NCBI GenBank assembly: GCA_002189035.1
Contig: NEEC01000017.1
Location: 2,542,001-2,606,000, forward strand
Direction of reading: 5' to 3'
Source: Utricularia gibba
Taxonomy: Eukaryota > Plantae > Magnoliophyta
Length of the DNA: 64,000 nt
Under the pieces are notes generated by a model. That model did not search any database. It had not been told where the DNA came from and worked only from the letters and a program-made list of their open reading frames with translations. Positions 1-13,340 of the stretch are shown in pieces. Position 1 is the stretch's first letter; each line of letters starts with the position of its first letter. A program made the translations under genes and the position numbers.

Positions 1-3000
1 ACCTGACAGCTAGAACTTCTAAGGCTGACAATGCTGTAATTTTAATGGAAATATTTGATACATCATCAGGGGCATCAAATATTTTCAAAGTCTCCAAGCA
101 TAAGTTTTCCATCAATGCCAAAGAAGCCTCGCTGAGGTGCAGCAATGATTTTCTTACTCTTGGGACTGGTCCCTTCCTCTCAATTTTTTTGTTTACAGCC
201 AGATCCTTCATATTCTCACAGAAAAGCTGGAGAGCCTGAACAACATTAGGAAATACTCAGAACAAGTGGCCTGGTTTGGGATAATAACTGCAACTTACAG
301 TAACTGCAGTTCTTTGAATTATCGATATTAGAAGGCAATCATGCTTACCTTTTTCCTAACATCTCCTTTGTCATTGTGTAACAATTTTGTGATGACTTTA
401 AGAAACAAAGAAATCGGGAGGCCCTTCATTAGAGTTCTTAGAACGCCACGAGTAAAAATTTTCAGTTCATTCCTGATGATATTGGGAACACCAACACTAT
501 TGTTTGTTGACTCGATCATTTGCTGATGACAAACTATTTGTTCTATAACCTCGCCAACTGCACACTGAAATAAAACCAAGTTGCACCAAAGGCATTAAGA
601 GGGCAACCATATACATTTCAAAAGCTCATCAAAACACTTCACACGTAGCCATCAAAATAGGGGAACCTTGAGTTATAACTTTTGAAAAAGATTTCCAGTA
701 ATACCAACAGAGGAGCCACTATTTTCAAAAGATAGAAAAGATATGAACCACTGAGCAATAATGTATAAGCTAATGTATTTTTACAAAATATTCATTGCAT
801 ACCTGTATGAAATTCACATCATCTTCTAATTCGAGCATATGAGAGATTTCAGGATCTTGGAGCTTGTCCTCAATAAACAGTACGATAGCAAGCAGTTGCA
901 TATAACTTTCATCATTTGAAACGCAACCTTCAAATTTTTTTAGCAACACAGCGAGGGAAGGAAGCCAGATTGTGCATGAATAGCTACCACAAAGTTGCTG
1001 TGCGAATTCATACTCCCACTGCTTCTTGATATTTAGAGAAAGATCATCTATAGAATGATTACTCGAAAGATTACTGTCCAAGCTCAACTTGATCATAAAT
1101 TGGAAAAGAAGAAAAAGCAGCAAACCCAAGCTTTCATCCTCACCGAGTGTCCTACAACAGAGTTTCTCAAAATAAGATAAACATCAAACACCATGGTAAC
1201 ATACGTTCAAGTCTACCTCACAATGTGAGCAACAATGGGAACCCTCCTGTGTTGTGCAATTTTAGGTAACATGGTAACAAAAATCTGAGAGAAAAAATAA
1301 GCGTGAGGCAAAAATCCTAAGCTTTAAAAAAGAGGCTCTTCAGCAGTACAAGGCGTTTACAGTAACAAAAGATCTATCAGTGGTAACACCTGAAGCAAGT
1401 GGCCCATATCATTTGTCTTCGATAACCAGCAAGGAATGATGGCTGATATTAGACCTTCCAAAACTTGTTGTGAATAGCTATCCCACTATAAAAAGGAGAA
1501 ATGGCAATTCATTATGATGGGGTCATTTTAAGTAGGCGAAAATATCATCAGGAGTTCTGTAGGGAAATGACATCTCAAGCACTCATAGAGGTTAACAACA
1601 TAGCCTAACCTGAGATGTAGATTCACCAACAGCGTCAAGGATATCTAACTTATGGTGCAAAACTACATCAGGCATAATCCTTACAAGAGTAGTTATAAAA
1701 GAGAATATGCGGTTGCGGGTAACTGCATCAGTTGAGGTTCGGGCACAACTGATCACCAGTTGCAAGTCAAATTTCTTAAGGATACCCTATCATGAGAAAA
1801 TACGCTTACTTTAGAAAGGAAAACTCCAGCCAAGTTGGGAACATACAAAGAAAAAAAGTTATTCAACAGACAAACCTTTGGTGGAGTATCATTTCCAACA
1901 GATGCACATATGTTTTCCAACACCAAAAGTAGTGTCTTCTGAATAGAAATGGTAGTACTTGAAATGGCATGAGAAGAATCAGAACAGTGTGCATGCGTGC
2001 CATCCATTTCTGTTGCTTCAGGCATCCATTCATCGCTTTTCATTGTCAAGCAAAGCAGTTCAAGTAGGGGCTGAATGAGTGAGGTCCTACAAGGATGGGA
2101 ATTGAACTCATCAGGCAATAAGACCACATTGTCGTGAAGTAATGCAAGTGGCAAAAAAGTTCAGCCCACTTATTGTATAGATCATAAATCGATCACAAAA
2201 AGAGAAAACCTGTTTTCGATGTTTTCCTTGTTAAGTAAAACATCAAGCAAGCAACTCAGCAAAGCTAGTGCATTTTCTTTATTTTGTGTTGGATCATAAT
2301 GGTGATCAGTATCCGAATGCTTGACTATTTTTCTTTTCTTCTTGCCAAATGCCAAACCGCTTTTCTTGCTCACAATGGAATCGAGAACCCACTGAACAAC
2401 AGAACATTCAACCTGCAAGATCAGGGGATAGGTGACATATTAGTAGGAAATACTCACTCATAAGTCATAATGCATGGCATGAGTTATATCATGACTGGAT
2501 AATACTTTTGTAAACAATAACAAAATAGAAAGGTAAAGGGCAACAGCCATGATACACTGCAGTGACCCTGATACGGCAGTGCACAATAAACCTTAAATGA
2601 TATCATGGAAGGCTGTAAAAAACATATGGAAGAAATGCAAAAGCAAAACTCTGTGAACGTACATTGAGCTGCAACAACGTTTCCTTAGCATAATTCTGTA
2701 CATCTCCGATCTTATTCCTAAGCAAATTCAGCAGATTACTAAAGATAAGCTCCTGAAAAAAAAAAGAAAGAAACTAAAATAAGATGAAATTCTGAGAACT
2801 TCACCTCAACAATGAGGCTACACAATTTATTTCTATTTAAATGAAGAATCAAGCATACTGAAATTAATCCAAAATTCAACAATGGTCCGATTGTGGAGAA
2901 AAAAAATTAACCTTGGTTTCAATCTTCAGATCACCATACAGTGGGTTAAGATTTCTAAGAACAGCAATGGATGGTCCAGAAATGACACAGTACTCAGAGC

Positions 3001-6000
3001 CAGTTACCTGGAATACAAAAGCAAATTAGCATTCAGGAAGCAAGACTCATGACTGAACAAAAGGAAAGTGACTTGCGATCAAACTGACCCATAACGTCTT
3101 CAGTATGAAATTCTCAAGTTCATTCAATTCATGAGAGGATGGCTGACAACAGATCTGAGAGGGCCAGAAAGTGGTGAAGTCAATAAGTTGGTGAGGCATA
3201 ATACAAAAGCATAATATCTCGGAAGTATACCTCTAGCAACAAGCACAAAATGTCTATTTCATTCTGCGACATCTTTTGGTGAATTCCACCATGACCCGTG
3301 CAATGTTGACTAAAACTTTCTAAAAGATCATCCAGCATTGAACTAATAAGAGGAATGGATATCAACTTACTTCCCACACCTTTGATCAAAGACAGTAACT
3401 TCAACTGCATTTACAAATGCACAAAAATATGAATAATGCAGTTACAATTGAAGGCAACTGCACAACAAATCTTAGCATATAATATTTTTTCATAAAAAAA
3501 ATATAACGGAAAAACAAATTTAAACTACCTTTGAATTTGCAGGGAGCACCAGCGCATGCTTGACAATGAAAAAGAGCATTTCATTCTTGGTAGAATCATC
3601 AAACCTAACACCATTAATACGAAAAACATTAATCGATGCAATAAAGACAGAAGTTCTTGTGAGGATCAATCAACTTAGTCAAGGAAGATGCTAGAACTAT
3701 CTCAATTATCAAAAATATTAATCAAATGTATTCTAATTGAGCACAAATACAACCTCTTCTCAATAGAAGATTGCACCAAGAGGCTTCCAGATGATGAACC
3801 AAGTAAAGATGTTAGCAACGAGCATACAACATTTGCATCTGATATAATCATTTTCTTATGCTGAATAATTAAGCCCAACAGCTCTCCAAGAAAACGCAAG
3901 TGTCCCTCTCTATTGCCTACAACAGTCCAATCACACAACCTCCAAAGTTACAATAACGATTCAACATAACTTAATGATAAGATCTGCAAGTTGCATGTAC
4001 CATTATTGCTGATATGAGACCATTGACCAAGAAGTGCTTCTATGCAGCTCATGGCAGCTTCCCTCACACTCTACAGTTGTACAATGCACGAATATCAGCT
4101 TAAGAGACACTGAAACACATATATTTAATTGCTTAAGACACAGGAAAAACAATGAACTCTAAGCTTTTAACAGCATCTTAGAAGCTCGATGTAGGAAAAA
4201 GTATGACATCAAGAGAAAGGAAAAAACACAACCTGAGTATCACTAGATAGAGGAACGAAGAGAGAAGGGAAATTAAGAAAAAGCTGATCAGCAGTGTCCT
4301 CAGAGGAAATACGCGCCAAGGAATGAAGTACTTGAACGTGAGTTGCACTATGAACACCTGAAAATTTAAAATGGTGGAGAGGACCAACTATTAGGTACTT
4401 TTGACATTCATAAAAAGACTGCAAAAGAAAATGCTGGAGGTGAAGGATAGAAGCTACAAAAGCAGGGCTATTTTGCAAGAAAAAAACTATTATTGATATT
4501 AACAGAAGATAAGGGTGACCAAATGGTTGAGATTACTACAAAAACAAGTATTACTTAAAGAACATTTCAACTGCAGTAACATCCATCAAGAAACACGAAG
4601 AGATACAAGGAAAAAAAATTGAAATAAAAAGCAAGGAAGAAATTGAACCTTCTTCTGTAATAATCTTTAACATCATGGAAATCAGAGGTGTCTTGCATTT
4701 TGAAAACAAGAATTCCAAATGTCTACTGAAAACGTCTTTGGAGTGGTTTGCAAAGAACAAAAACAGGTCACGAAGAGCAGAAAACCAAATAACCTTCACA
4801 TCCTGTGAAAATCCGAATTAGCTCAATAAGATGAATCCTGTGAAAAAAGTGGGCACAAGATGTCACTGACCAATGATTCATCATCAGGCATTACTTCAGC
4901 CAATGCCTTTAAAAGTCGCAAAAGAAGACAAGCAAGAATCCCATAATTGAGGTCTTTAGTCTCCACTTCAAGAAAAACATCCAAAATATCCAGGCAATCA
5001 CTATCCATGATTTTCTTTACCACCTGTAATCCATGATCCATCGTAAGATTATCCTATTTCATCACAAAATCAACGCCAGGACTGATCCCTTGGTAATACC
5101 TGTAGCCCAGATATTCCAACTCCAGCAGGCTCTAGCATCTCCCACTCAGCTTTCATAATTGGGAAACATGAAACAAAAAATGACAAAAACCGCTGCACAT
5201 CTGGCAATAAAAAATAGGACAAACAACAAAATAGGTTTGAATAAACATATTTCAAGAAAAAAAAACGCACAATACTTTATTCTTTAATGTTACTTAGCCT
5301 GATATTGAGTGATCAATGCACAACTAAGTCCCTTCGCGAGTAAAAACAAAAACTTTTTACCAAGAGCAGATAGTAATTCTTCAAACAAGTGAAGACATAT
5401 TTACCCTTTTTCAAAATTTTCAATGACTGAAATACCATCAAGAAGAATAATGTCTTTGATAGATGGTGAGACTTGCAGCATTCAACAAGCCAAGGCATGT
5501 ACTCCTCCCATTTTGCAGAAAAATTCTCTCCTAACTTACTGACATTCTCAAAGTTCATGGAAGATAAGCAGATGTCTGCTTCCTGAAAAAGACAAGTTAA
5601 GAAACAGGATTAAACGAGAATGTTTCAGCTTAATAACTGAAAAACAAGGCAATCAGTCTGGAATAAAATTCTTCACGGATTTATCTGCACGTGATACAAC
5701 TTATGATTTTAGATATCAACGAGTGCACTGAAAAGATTTTATCAACATGTTGATGAAATAAAATAATGCATTTGAGCGTCCACATCTAATTTCTATGAAC
5801 TCATAGATTACCCAAATCATATTCATGGACGATGAATTAGCATGCCACAGAAGTAACATACAAAATCAAGTAGAAGTCACTAGTAAGCTACGCACCTCCC
5901 CAGGCATTGCAAGAATGAGGTTCTTAAAGAAAGGCCAATTTAATTCACTGGCCAATTCTAAGGCTTTGAAATTCTGCAACTGAGTCTGTGGTAACAAGAT

Positions 6001-9000
6001 CAAGATCATAAAATAAAAGAAGAAAAAGGAATTTGAATTCATTGATGTTGTCCATAGATATTCATTTGATATAAAAAAATTTACCTTCGGCCGAACTAAT
6101 AATAGGGGGAAGATTGCTATAGAAAACCTCATTGAATAACACTCTTCGTTTTTGAGATTTCTTATAATTTGTTGGAGACACGCGAGTGCAACATTTATCT
6201 GACGGTTTTTCGCTGAACCTGATAATGAAGGCAACAATGATTTGTAACTGCATATTCATGCTGCAGAAGTACAAGGCACTCGGAAAGTAGCTCAAGGAAA
6301 GCCAAACCCTTAACTTGAACATTACGCATCTAAACAAAAGTTTTCACATGGATCCTTTCACCAGAAACATTTTGCATAGAAAAATTTTGGAGCTCACTTT
6401 CAGGGTTTTATAAAGCTCAGAATGATGCAACGGGGGTATGAAGTTTAGTTGTACATTCATTACATATGAATCTTACAAGTATTAACGAGCTGACTTTCCT
6501 TTCATTTTCCATTCATCAAGAAAAGGAGTGAAAGACAGTAAGCTTACTTGATATCAAAATTGCAGTGCATTTCTGCAGAATATGCTGAATTGGTTCAATG
6601 AGAAGTGGTGAACTTATTATGTCAGAAAACTTATCCAAGCTGAGCACTGCCAGAGCAACATTCAAGTCTTCATCATAAAGCCTTTGAAGTAGTGCATCTT
6701 GAATTCCATCAAATTTCTGGACAATAGAAGCACGCTAAAAATTTAGTAAGCAAAAAAATTAAAAAGCTAGTCATGTACTCAAGGGGTACATAACTTTAAT
6801 ATAATGAATTCCCTGACCAATTATCACAAAGGAAAATGTTAAACTAACAACTTATGGTGAAACAGATACACGTGATACTCTACCAACAGTCAATGATGAA
6901 TAAGAAGCTAAAAATAATCCATAACAAATAACAGAGGGAACCTTTGAGCCAACTGTCTTTTCTCTCAAAATGCTGCCTGTGTCTATATTTATGATTGCTG
7001 ATCTTCGAATCTCAGGCTGTGAAAATTAAGACAAATTTAATGGGGAAAAATTAAACTCAAACTCTCACATTATGAGATTGAAAGGAATCTTCAGGAAACA
7101 AATCGCTCAGAGAATGATACCTTTGAATCTTGAAGTGCAAAAAGTAGTTTTGGATCAAGTCCTTCATCTGATGAGCTTAAGTATTCATCTAATATCTTGC
7201 ACAGTGCAACATAACTTGAGTTGATTTTTTTTGTCTTACTTTTCTGCCAAAACCCACATAAATAAAGACTCGCACAAAAGACTTTTAAGAGAGAAGAAGA
7301 AGAAGAAAATGAAAAATTGCCTTCAGAAAACTAAAGAAAGCTCCACGAAATTCATTTGGATACTTCTGGCTAAGACAAGTCAGAGCCTGCTTGACATTAT
7401 TTCCTGTTTATAAAAGGATAAAGAAGTGTTACAAAACGAAAATAATTAATCTGATAAAAATCACAGAAAATGCCTTGCGGGGAAGGAACCTGACTGAGCT
7501 GGTTCTGAATTAATCTTTCCCGAAGATGCCTTCATCTGCTTTGTGAGAAGCCCATATACTATTTTCTGTACATGATCCTTGACAGGGGCTGTTTCCATCA
7601 ATGACAATAGAGTGTGACTGTATGTATCTTCAAAGTCACTATAAAGAAAAACATTTAGTTTGGTCGGCAGTACAACTAAAAATAAATAAGTTTGTGTTTG
7701 CATGTGTAAATGTTAAAAAAAAAAAACGTGCATATCCCACCTATGCTCAAGTAATGAGTCAACAAGAACAGCTATAAAATTGTCAATATTGAATTCATTG
7801 TTTAAAGCTGCCAAGATTCCCAGGAAACCCCTACAAATGAAGGAATACAGAGGATAAGGCAAACGGCTAGATACAGGTTTTGAGGATAGGTTGTGGGTGA
7901 CTGATACAGAATAAAAAAGAATTAGAACCTGATTTCGATCAGTACGTCTATAGTCTTCTTAGGGATTAAACCAACATGCTGAAGCTACATAAATATACAA
8001 GGTTATTACAAAAGTAATGAACAGTTTAGAATATTTCCCAAGGGATAAATACTGTCACAGCCATCATCCCAACAACATCGACTAATTTCGCATGCTATCT
8101 CTTCAAACTAGAGATCTGACAGCAGAGCCCACCTGAACAATATTGATGAGTGTCATGAGAGACATCCTCAACATTTGCAAACTGTTTCCTTCCTTTGCAT
8201 CTGCTCTAGCTACATCAGCCACCAAATGCAACAAGCTCTTGGTAACATGAGATGACAAGGATGCCTTTTGGGCTAGCACGCTTACAATCATCATAGCTGC
8301 AGCCTGCTCATTTCAAAAAAGAAAATTGTGAGTTAAGATGAAAATATGGTCTGTCAGAGAAGAAAATCTACTGGATGGCATATACCTTCTGGTTAAGGCC
8401 ACCAGAGCCAGACTTCAGCCCTGAACTTAAATATGGCAGAATTATTTTTACCATATTGCTAGTAATCGTAACACATCCCAAAACCTCGAAAATGACTGCG
8501 GTGCAGAATCCAATTATATGCTTTGATGGCTGAATTTTTTTCTGAGGAGTAGCCTGGAATTGTAGAAATTCAAGATAGGAAAAAACGTAGGGTATGAAAA
8601 GAACGTGTAAGAGGAAAATTACATAGTCACAAATGGCCTCCAAAACCCCTAAATCACGTATGCATTGTTGTACAATTATGTCCCGTGGTATTCGTGCACC
8701 TGATGCTTTAACACCATCGAGAAACTTCCATCTGCTGTTTCTGCAGAGCATATAAAGGTAGCATAAGTACAATTTATCAAAAAATGGCAAACCGTAAATC
8801 GAAAATATGGAGGGGGATCTTTGAGGAATGGCTCATGGTGAACGCACCTGGTATCAATTAACCGTATTATTTGAACAAAAACATGAGTGTCATGATAAGG
8901 AAGTGCACACAAAATCAGGTCGTCTTTATTAAAAACATGAACCCTGCACATGGTCACATCACAATCTGTTAATATGGGAAAAAGAGAAACTAAAATAAAA

Positions 9001-9518
9001 GGTGATAACCCAAATAAAAAAAGTTAACTTATGATTAATCATAACTGACTTACTTGTATCTCCGGACTAAATACTCTAGTGACCTCAATGCGGATTCCAT
9101 CTCAAGGTACCCCGATAACAATCTTAAATAAGCACCAATAGATGCATCAATCCGTCTGTTTTCTTCCTGCCCCACCAACTCCCTGTCCAAATCCTTACTC
9201 TGCTGACTGAACAAATCAGTTTTATAATTTCTAAATCTCTCTTCCATCGCTATCAAATCCTCCAAACCTGCTCGACAGCATTTAAGAACCCATGTTTAGT
9301 GAAAAGTTGGGAAGTCATGCAAGTTCGAGTCAAACGATTGCAATACCAGATACAGCAATGGTGAATATAGTATCGAGGTCAATGTCTGCCGCCTCCTTCG
9401 CATCGAAGAGTATTGAAGCACGAGTGAAGGGCCGCCTCCTACCCGGCTCAGGTTCATCGGAGACATGCACCGCCGCTCTCAGAGCCTGTAACTGGGCCTC
9501 AATCGAAGTCGCCGCCAT
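1..9518 (-). CDS. UTP10: U3 snoRNA-associated protein 10 / HEAT repeat-containing protein 1 (BAP28 family), multi-exon, 3' end runs off the left edge
   Basis: N-terminus MAATSIEAQLQAL...RRPFTRASILFDAKEAADIDLDTIFTIAVSG and the next exon LDRELVGQEENRRIDASIGAYLRLLSGYL...LEYLVRRYK match the U3snoRNP10 N-terminal region. Later exons include YSQQVLEGLISAIIPCWL and HRRVPIVAHIV. Many short GT-AG introns; internal exon boundaries not all verified. Confidence 0.9.
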
Positions 9519-9606
9519 TAGGGCTATTCCCTTCCTGCGAAAATGAACCGTACGTGAAGGAAATCCCCGAGATCCCTATACCGTCCCCTCCCACGGTGTC
9601 GGAGGG

Positions 9607-9737
9607 TTTTAGGGTTGTACTAAACCTCCTTCCGACGATTGTAAACAAACGCGACTTTGAAAGCGCAAATCAGTAAAATATTGTTGTCGTGCAGAGATTT
9701 TCTTGGGCCGCTGCTCTGCTAGGTCCATTCTGGCCCA
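9607..9737 (-). promoter_or_regulatory. Telo-box-like motif plus two site II motifs upstream of UTP10
   Basis: TTTTAGGGTT at 9607-9616 (AACCCTAAAA on minus, near-match to telo-box), TGGGCC at 9704-9709 and GGCCCA at 9732-9737. This module is typical of plant ribosome-biogenesis gene promoters. Confidence 0.5.
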
Positions 9738-10002
9738 ACCTTTTCACCCTTGAAAGGCGATAAAACTGTAGGAGGTAGCGTTTAGCGTTTTCTTGTTCTC
9801 TTGGTTGTTGGTAAGGTTCATGGAGAAATTCCAGTCACTCTTGATTTTCTGGGCTGGAAGTACGGACGCGAATACTAGAAGCCAATACCGTTAAAACCAA
9901 GTGCGCACATACGTTATTTTGTACAGAGAACATAAAAGAATTAGAACCAAATACATGAAGAAAGAGGAGCATCCTTCCTGCACACTACATGGTGCCAGAT
10001 AA

Positions 10003-11732
10003 TTACGAAGAGCAGCACCCGCTCTTCTGGCCAACGGGCTGGCCGCGGATCTGGACAGTGGGAGGTCTTGCCGTGTTAGATGCAGGCTGACTTGCCATCC
10101 TGTATGTCCCAGAAAACATGCATGTGATCAAGGGTTGAAGTAAGCTAGACCGAGACATTGAGGAAAGCAAACCTGTTCTTAATATCTGCAGCCATGGCCA
10201 TGAACGCCTGCTCGACATTAGTGGCATTTTTTGCACTTGTCTCCATGAATGGAATTCCAATCTCGTCGGCAAAAGCCTTTTTTCAGAATAGACAACACTT
10301 TTTCAGTAAGACTCTGTAAAACAGACTACGTGCACAGAGTAGAATGTTGTATTATCTCTACCTTTGCTGTATCATACGATACAGCCCTGTTATCAGACAG
10401 ATCGTTCTTGTTTCCAACTAAAAGCTTGTTAACATTATCACTAGCATAGCGGTCAATTTCATTCAACCATTGCTTGACATTGTTAAAGCTTTCCTGGTCA
10501 GTGACATCATAAACGATCTGCAAACAATGGATGCCATGTCAGTTATACATTACCAAAAGAGCAGGGCAGCATGACGAAAGACGAAAACTTAATTACAATG
10601 ATCCCATGTGCGCCACGATAGTAACTGCTGGTTATAGTTCTGAATCGCTCCTGGCCAGCCGTATCCCACTGCAAGCAAATTTGACACTTTGAGGCATCCA
10701 AAACACCACCAAACAAAAAAGGGCAAACCCAAATATTATACAAACATAATATGTCACAAAAAACCTGAAATTGTAGCAAAACGCAGAAATGATGCCATTG
10801 CAAGATGAACATGAAAAAAAAAATATACGAAATATAAACCCCATAGAAACTTACAATCTGAAGTTTTATAGTTTTCCCATCTTGCTCCACGGTTCTAATT
10901 TTCTGAACAAAAAATCGAAAAGTTTAAGTACTGTGGATTGATACTCCAACACAAACAACTCATACACCAAAGCCATACAAAGTCTACTCCAATTGTGCTG
11001 ATGTAACTGTCAATGTAAGAATCGTCCTGCATTCAAAAAGAAACAATGATTGGCACCCGCCGCAGACACACAAAAACCCCACGAAAACAGTGATTTGTTT
11101 AGAAAAATGAACAAAATTAAAGGCTTACGGCAAATCTTAAGAGAAGGCACGATTTGCCCACACCAGAATCGCCAATCAGAAGAAGTTTGAACAGGTAGTC
11201 GCTACAAGCGCAATAAGAAAGCAGGATTTAACGTAACACAATTAAAGTCAACAGACATTAAAACGTAAAATATGATCTCTAACAAGCTTCCGGTCATCTA
11301 AATGGCCTGACGATAAAGAATCAACATGAGATTTAAACCATAGCTAGGAGACGAATCAACGTGGATCATAATTATCCTCACATACCGTCACGTGTGTCCT
11401 AAAAATCAGGATGCCTAAATATTTACCAATTTCATCGATATCACACCCAATCCATGGGAAAAACCCGATAGCAAACCGTGTTTGACAAAACCAAAATAAC
11501 CTAACCAGATCCTGCAAATTTATTTTCAAGGAAATGAAATGAAATGAAAAATCGCAGTGGCGCCCTGACGGATCTATCGAGCAGCGTAGTTTGGATCCAT
11601 CAATCAAGCGCCCACACCAAAAAAAAAAAAAAAACTTTCGCTTCAAAACAACAAACCCTAGAACGAATCATGTTGAATCAAAAGGTTCCTCGGAGGATAA
11701 GAAGAAGAAAGAGTTTACTATTCCGGATTCAT
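10003..11732 (-). CDS. RABD2: Rab1/RABD2-type small GTPase, multi-exon
   Basis: ATG AAT CCG GAA TA| (MNPEY) at 11732. Exons encode [47 protein letters not shown] and [11 protein letters not shown]-terminus QKSGCCSS carries the CC prenylation motif. Confidence 0.95.
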
Positions 11733-12605
11733 GATCTGTCGCTGGCGCGGTGGTTGAGCTATAGGAAATCGGAATATTCGTCTTCCGACGCGGGCCTAAA
11801 TGCAAATGGTTAAGGAGCTCGGCGACCGACAGGACATCCTTAAATATAGAAGCTGGTGGCCGAGAAGCAAGGAGATGCGACTGATTTTACGCAAACACCC
11901 CTCTAACCAAGTTCAATTACTATTATAACACCTCAACCGAAGTTTGTTGATGACAGTAGTAGCCGCTCGCTGGCCCCCAATTTTCTCATTTGTAAATTTT
12001 TTTTCTTTATCTGATTACTCCACAATAAGCAAGGACACGTAATTGTATTGCTTGAGGCAAATCGTACAAAAGCATTCATGTGAAGTGGGGATACAGGACA
12101 GCACTTCCGTGGCCAACAAACCAAAACAACTTCATTCATCCAATACGCGCTCCACCAGGTTTTCAGGCCCAAAAGATCTCAGGCCTTGGGCCGAAAGACC
12201 TATACGGGCAAGAATGCAGAGCATACCGAGCAAGCAAAGTTCCAGGGTTTGATCTCGCTGGCTGCTGGAGAGTTCGGCCAATGACCTCGGAACCATGCGC
12301 TCTGCATATGCACGCGCATGTTCTTCAACGTTAGTGAAGACGGAAAAGTCGAGTCATTTAAGGAGGAGGATCAATCGGCACGCGGACGACTCCATCAATC
12401 TGACGAGTGAACCGCTCTCCCAGATACTGATGATACTCCCAGCTCTCAGGGCCGATAAGAATCAGTCTGTACCTAGAGAGATAAAGCATTTGTCGCCCCA
12501 GGGGTATTTTCACACTTACTCCCAACACAAGGAGTGAAAGAGAGCTACACGAGCAAGGAATACACAAGGCAACAGCACAGCCAATCATTAATGAGGAAAG
12601 CAAAT

Positions 12606-12702
12606 CATCATCAGAATCAATAGCATTTCCATTTTCATTCGCAGCCAACAGAAGCCGCGTCTAAAGGTGTCCTAAGATTCATGCGTTGTTCATCACCTGA
12701 TG
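12606..12702 (-). ncRNA. Box C/D snoRNA (cluster member 4; snoR10-like, tentative)
   Basis: Minus strand: CATCAG-GTGATGA (box C, 12690-12696) ... CTGA (box D, 12611-12614)-TG, forming a terminal stem. A 14-nt element ATCTTAGGACACCT (12665-12678) is perfectly antisense to conserved 25S rRNA AGGUGUCCUAAGAU. Confidence 0.8.
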
Positions 12703-12785
12703 ATCAGCGAACTTCAACAAGAAAGCAAAGAGGATTAAGAAACGACTTGGTTTCTGGGATCACGAGGGATGAAAAAGATCTCAAA

Positions 12786-12832
12786 CTCTCAGGCCAAGTG
12801 TTGCAAGTTTCGAAACTTTCGTATCATCAACA
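12786..12832 (-). ncRNA. Box C/D snoRNA core (cluster member 3; snoR31-like, tentative; ends uncertain)
   Basis: TTGATGA (12824-12830), internal hairpin AAGTTT-CG-AAACTT, then CAACACTTGG-C-CTGA. The 10-nt element is antisense to 25S CCAAGUGUUG just before the A-loop, and the +5 rule points to the second A of CCAAG. The partner box was not confidently located. Confidence 0.55.
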
Positions 12833-12913
12833 TCAACTACATACCTGTACTTTTGCCGTAAGCCGAAGAAAAAAAGAGTGCTAAATGGGGAAAATTTAGA
12901 AAAGGGGGATTTC

Positions 12914-13010
12914 GGCGCTCAGATTTGGCGATTTGGAGTTTAGGTTCGATTCTGCCAGCAAGGACTCCTCAATTCAATTCAGAAGAGGGAGCTTAGCTAT
13001 CTTCATGGCC
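12914..13010 (-). ncRNA. Box C/D snoRNA (cluster member 2)
   Basis: Complete box set on minus: C ATGAAGA (13000-13006), D' CTGA (12979-12982), C' TTGAGGA and D CTGA (12919-12922). Flanks GGGGGATATTTGGC / GCCGAAATCCCCC can pair. The D' guide AGCTAAGCTCCC can pair with 25S GGGAGUUUGGCU using G-U wobbles. Confidence 0.65.
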
Positions 13011-13071
13011 AAATATCCCCCGTATCAATGAACAGCATCGATACAAAAAATCAAAAAGAAAGAGATGATAA

Positions 13072-13174
13072 TCGCTCGGTTCAGCGGTAGTCGACACGCA
13101 GGTAGAAATCCCAGAAGAGAGATCAACCTACAATCCGGTCTGTTGAGCTTGAATTTTCCGAGTCGTCACAGCGA
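13072..13174 (-). ncRNA. Box C/D snoRNA (cluster member 1)
   Basis: TCGCT-GTGACGA (box C variant, 13163-13169) ... CTGA (13081-13084) ... AGCGA terminal stem. A 13-nt element TCAAGCTCAACAG (13140-13152) is antisense to conserved 25S CUGUUGAGCUUGA. Confidence 0.75.
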
Positions 13175-13275
13175 ATATCATCTCAAAAACCCCGAAGGAC
13201 ACCAAGCAAGGATGAAAACGAAACCTACCAAGTTGAAAAATCGGAGACAACAGAAGTCCGCACAATGTTATCGAG

Positions 13276-13340
13276 TTATATAGAGGTTCGTCTAGGGTTT
13301 CAAGATACCTGGTATATTCCCTTCCCCGGGCTTCGGCCCA
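13276..13340 (-). promoter_or_regulatory. Pol II promoter of the snoRNA polycistron (site II + telo-box + TATA)
   Basis: On minus, in order: TGGGCC (13335-13340), AAGCCC, perfect telo-box AAACCCTA (13293-13300), TATATAA (13276-13282). The first snoRNA lies about 100 nt downstream of the TATA. Confidence 0.75.

Noticed and set aside
12904-13021. Telomerase RNA candidate (G-rich 5' end, AACCTAAAC, ends in a T run)
   Set aside because: No full CTAAACCCT-type template, no Pol III-spaced USE/TATA on that strand, too short, and a box C/D model fits better.
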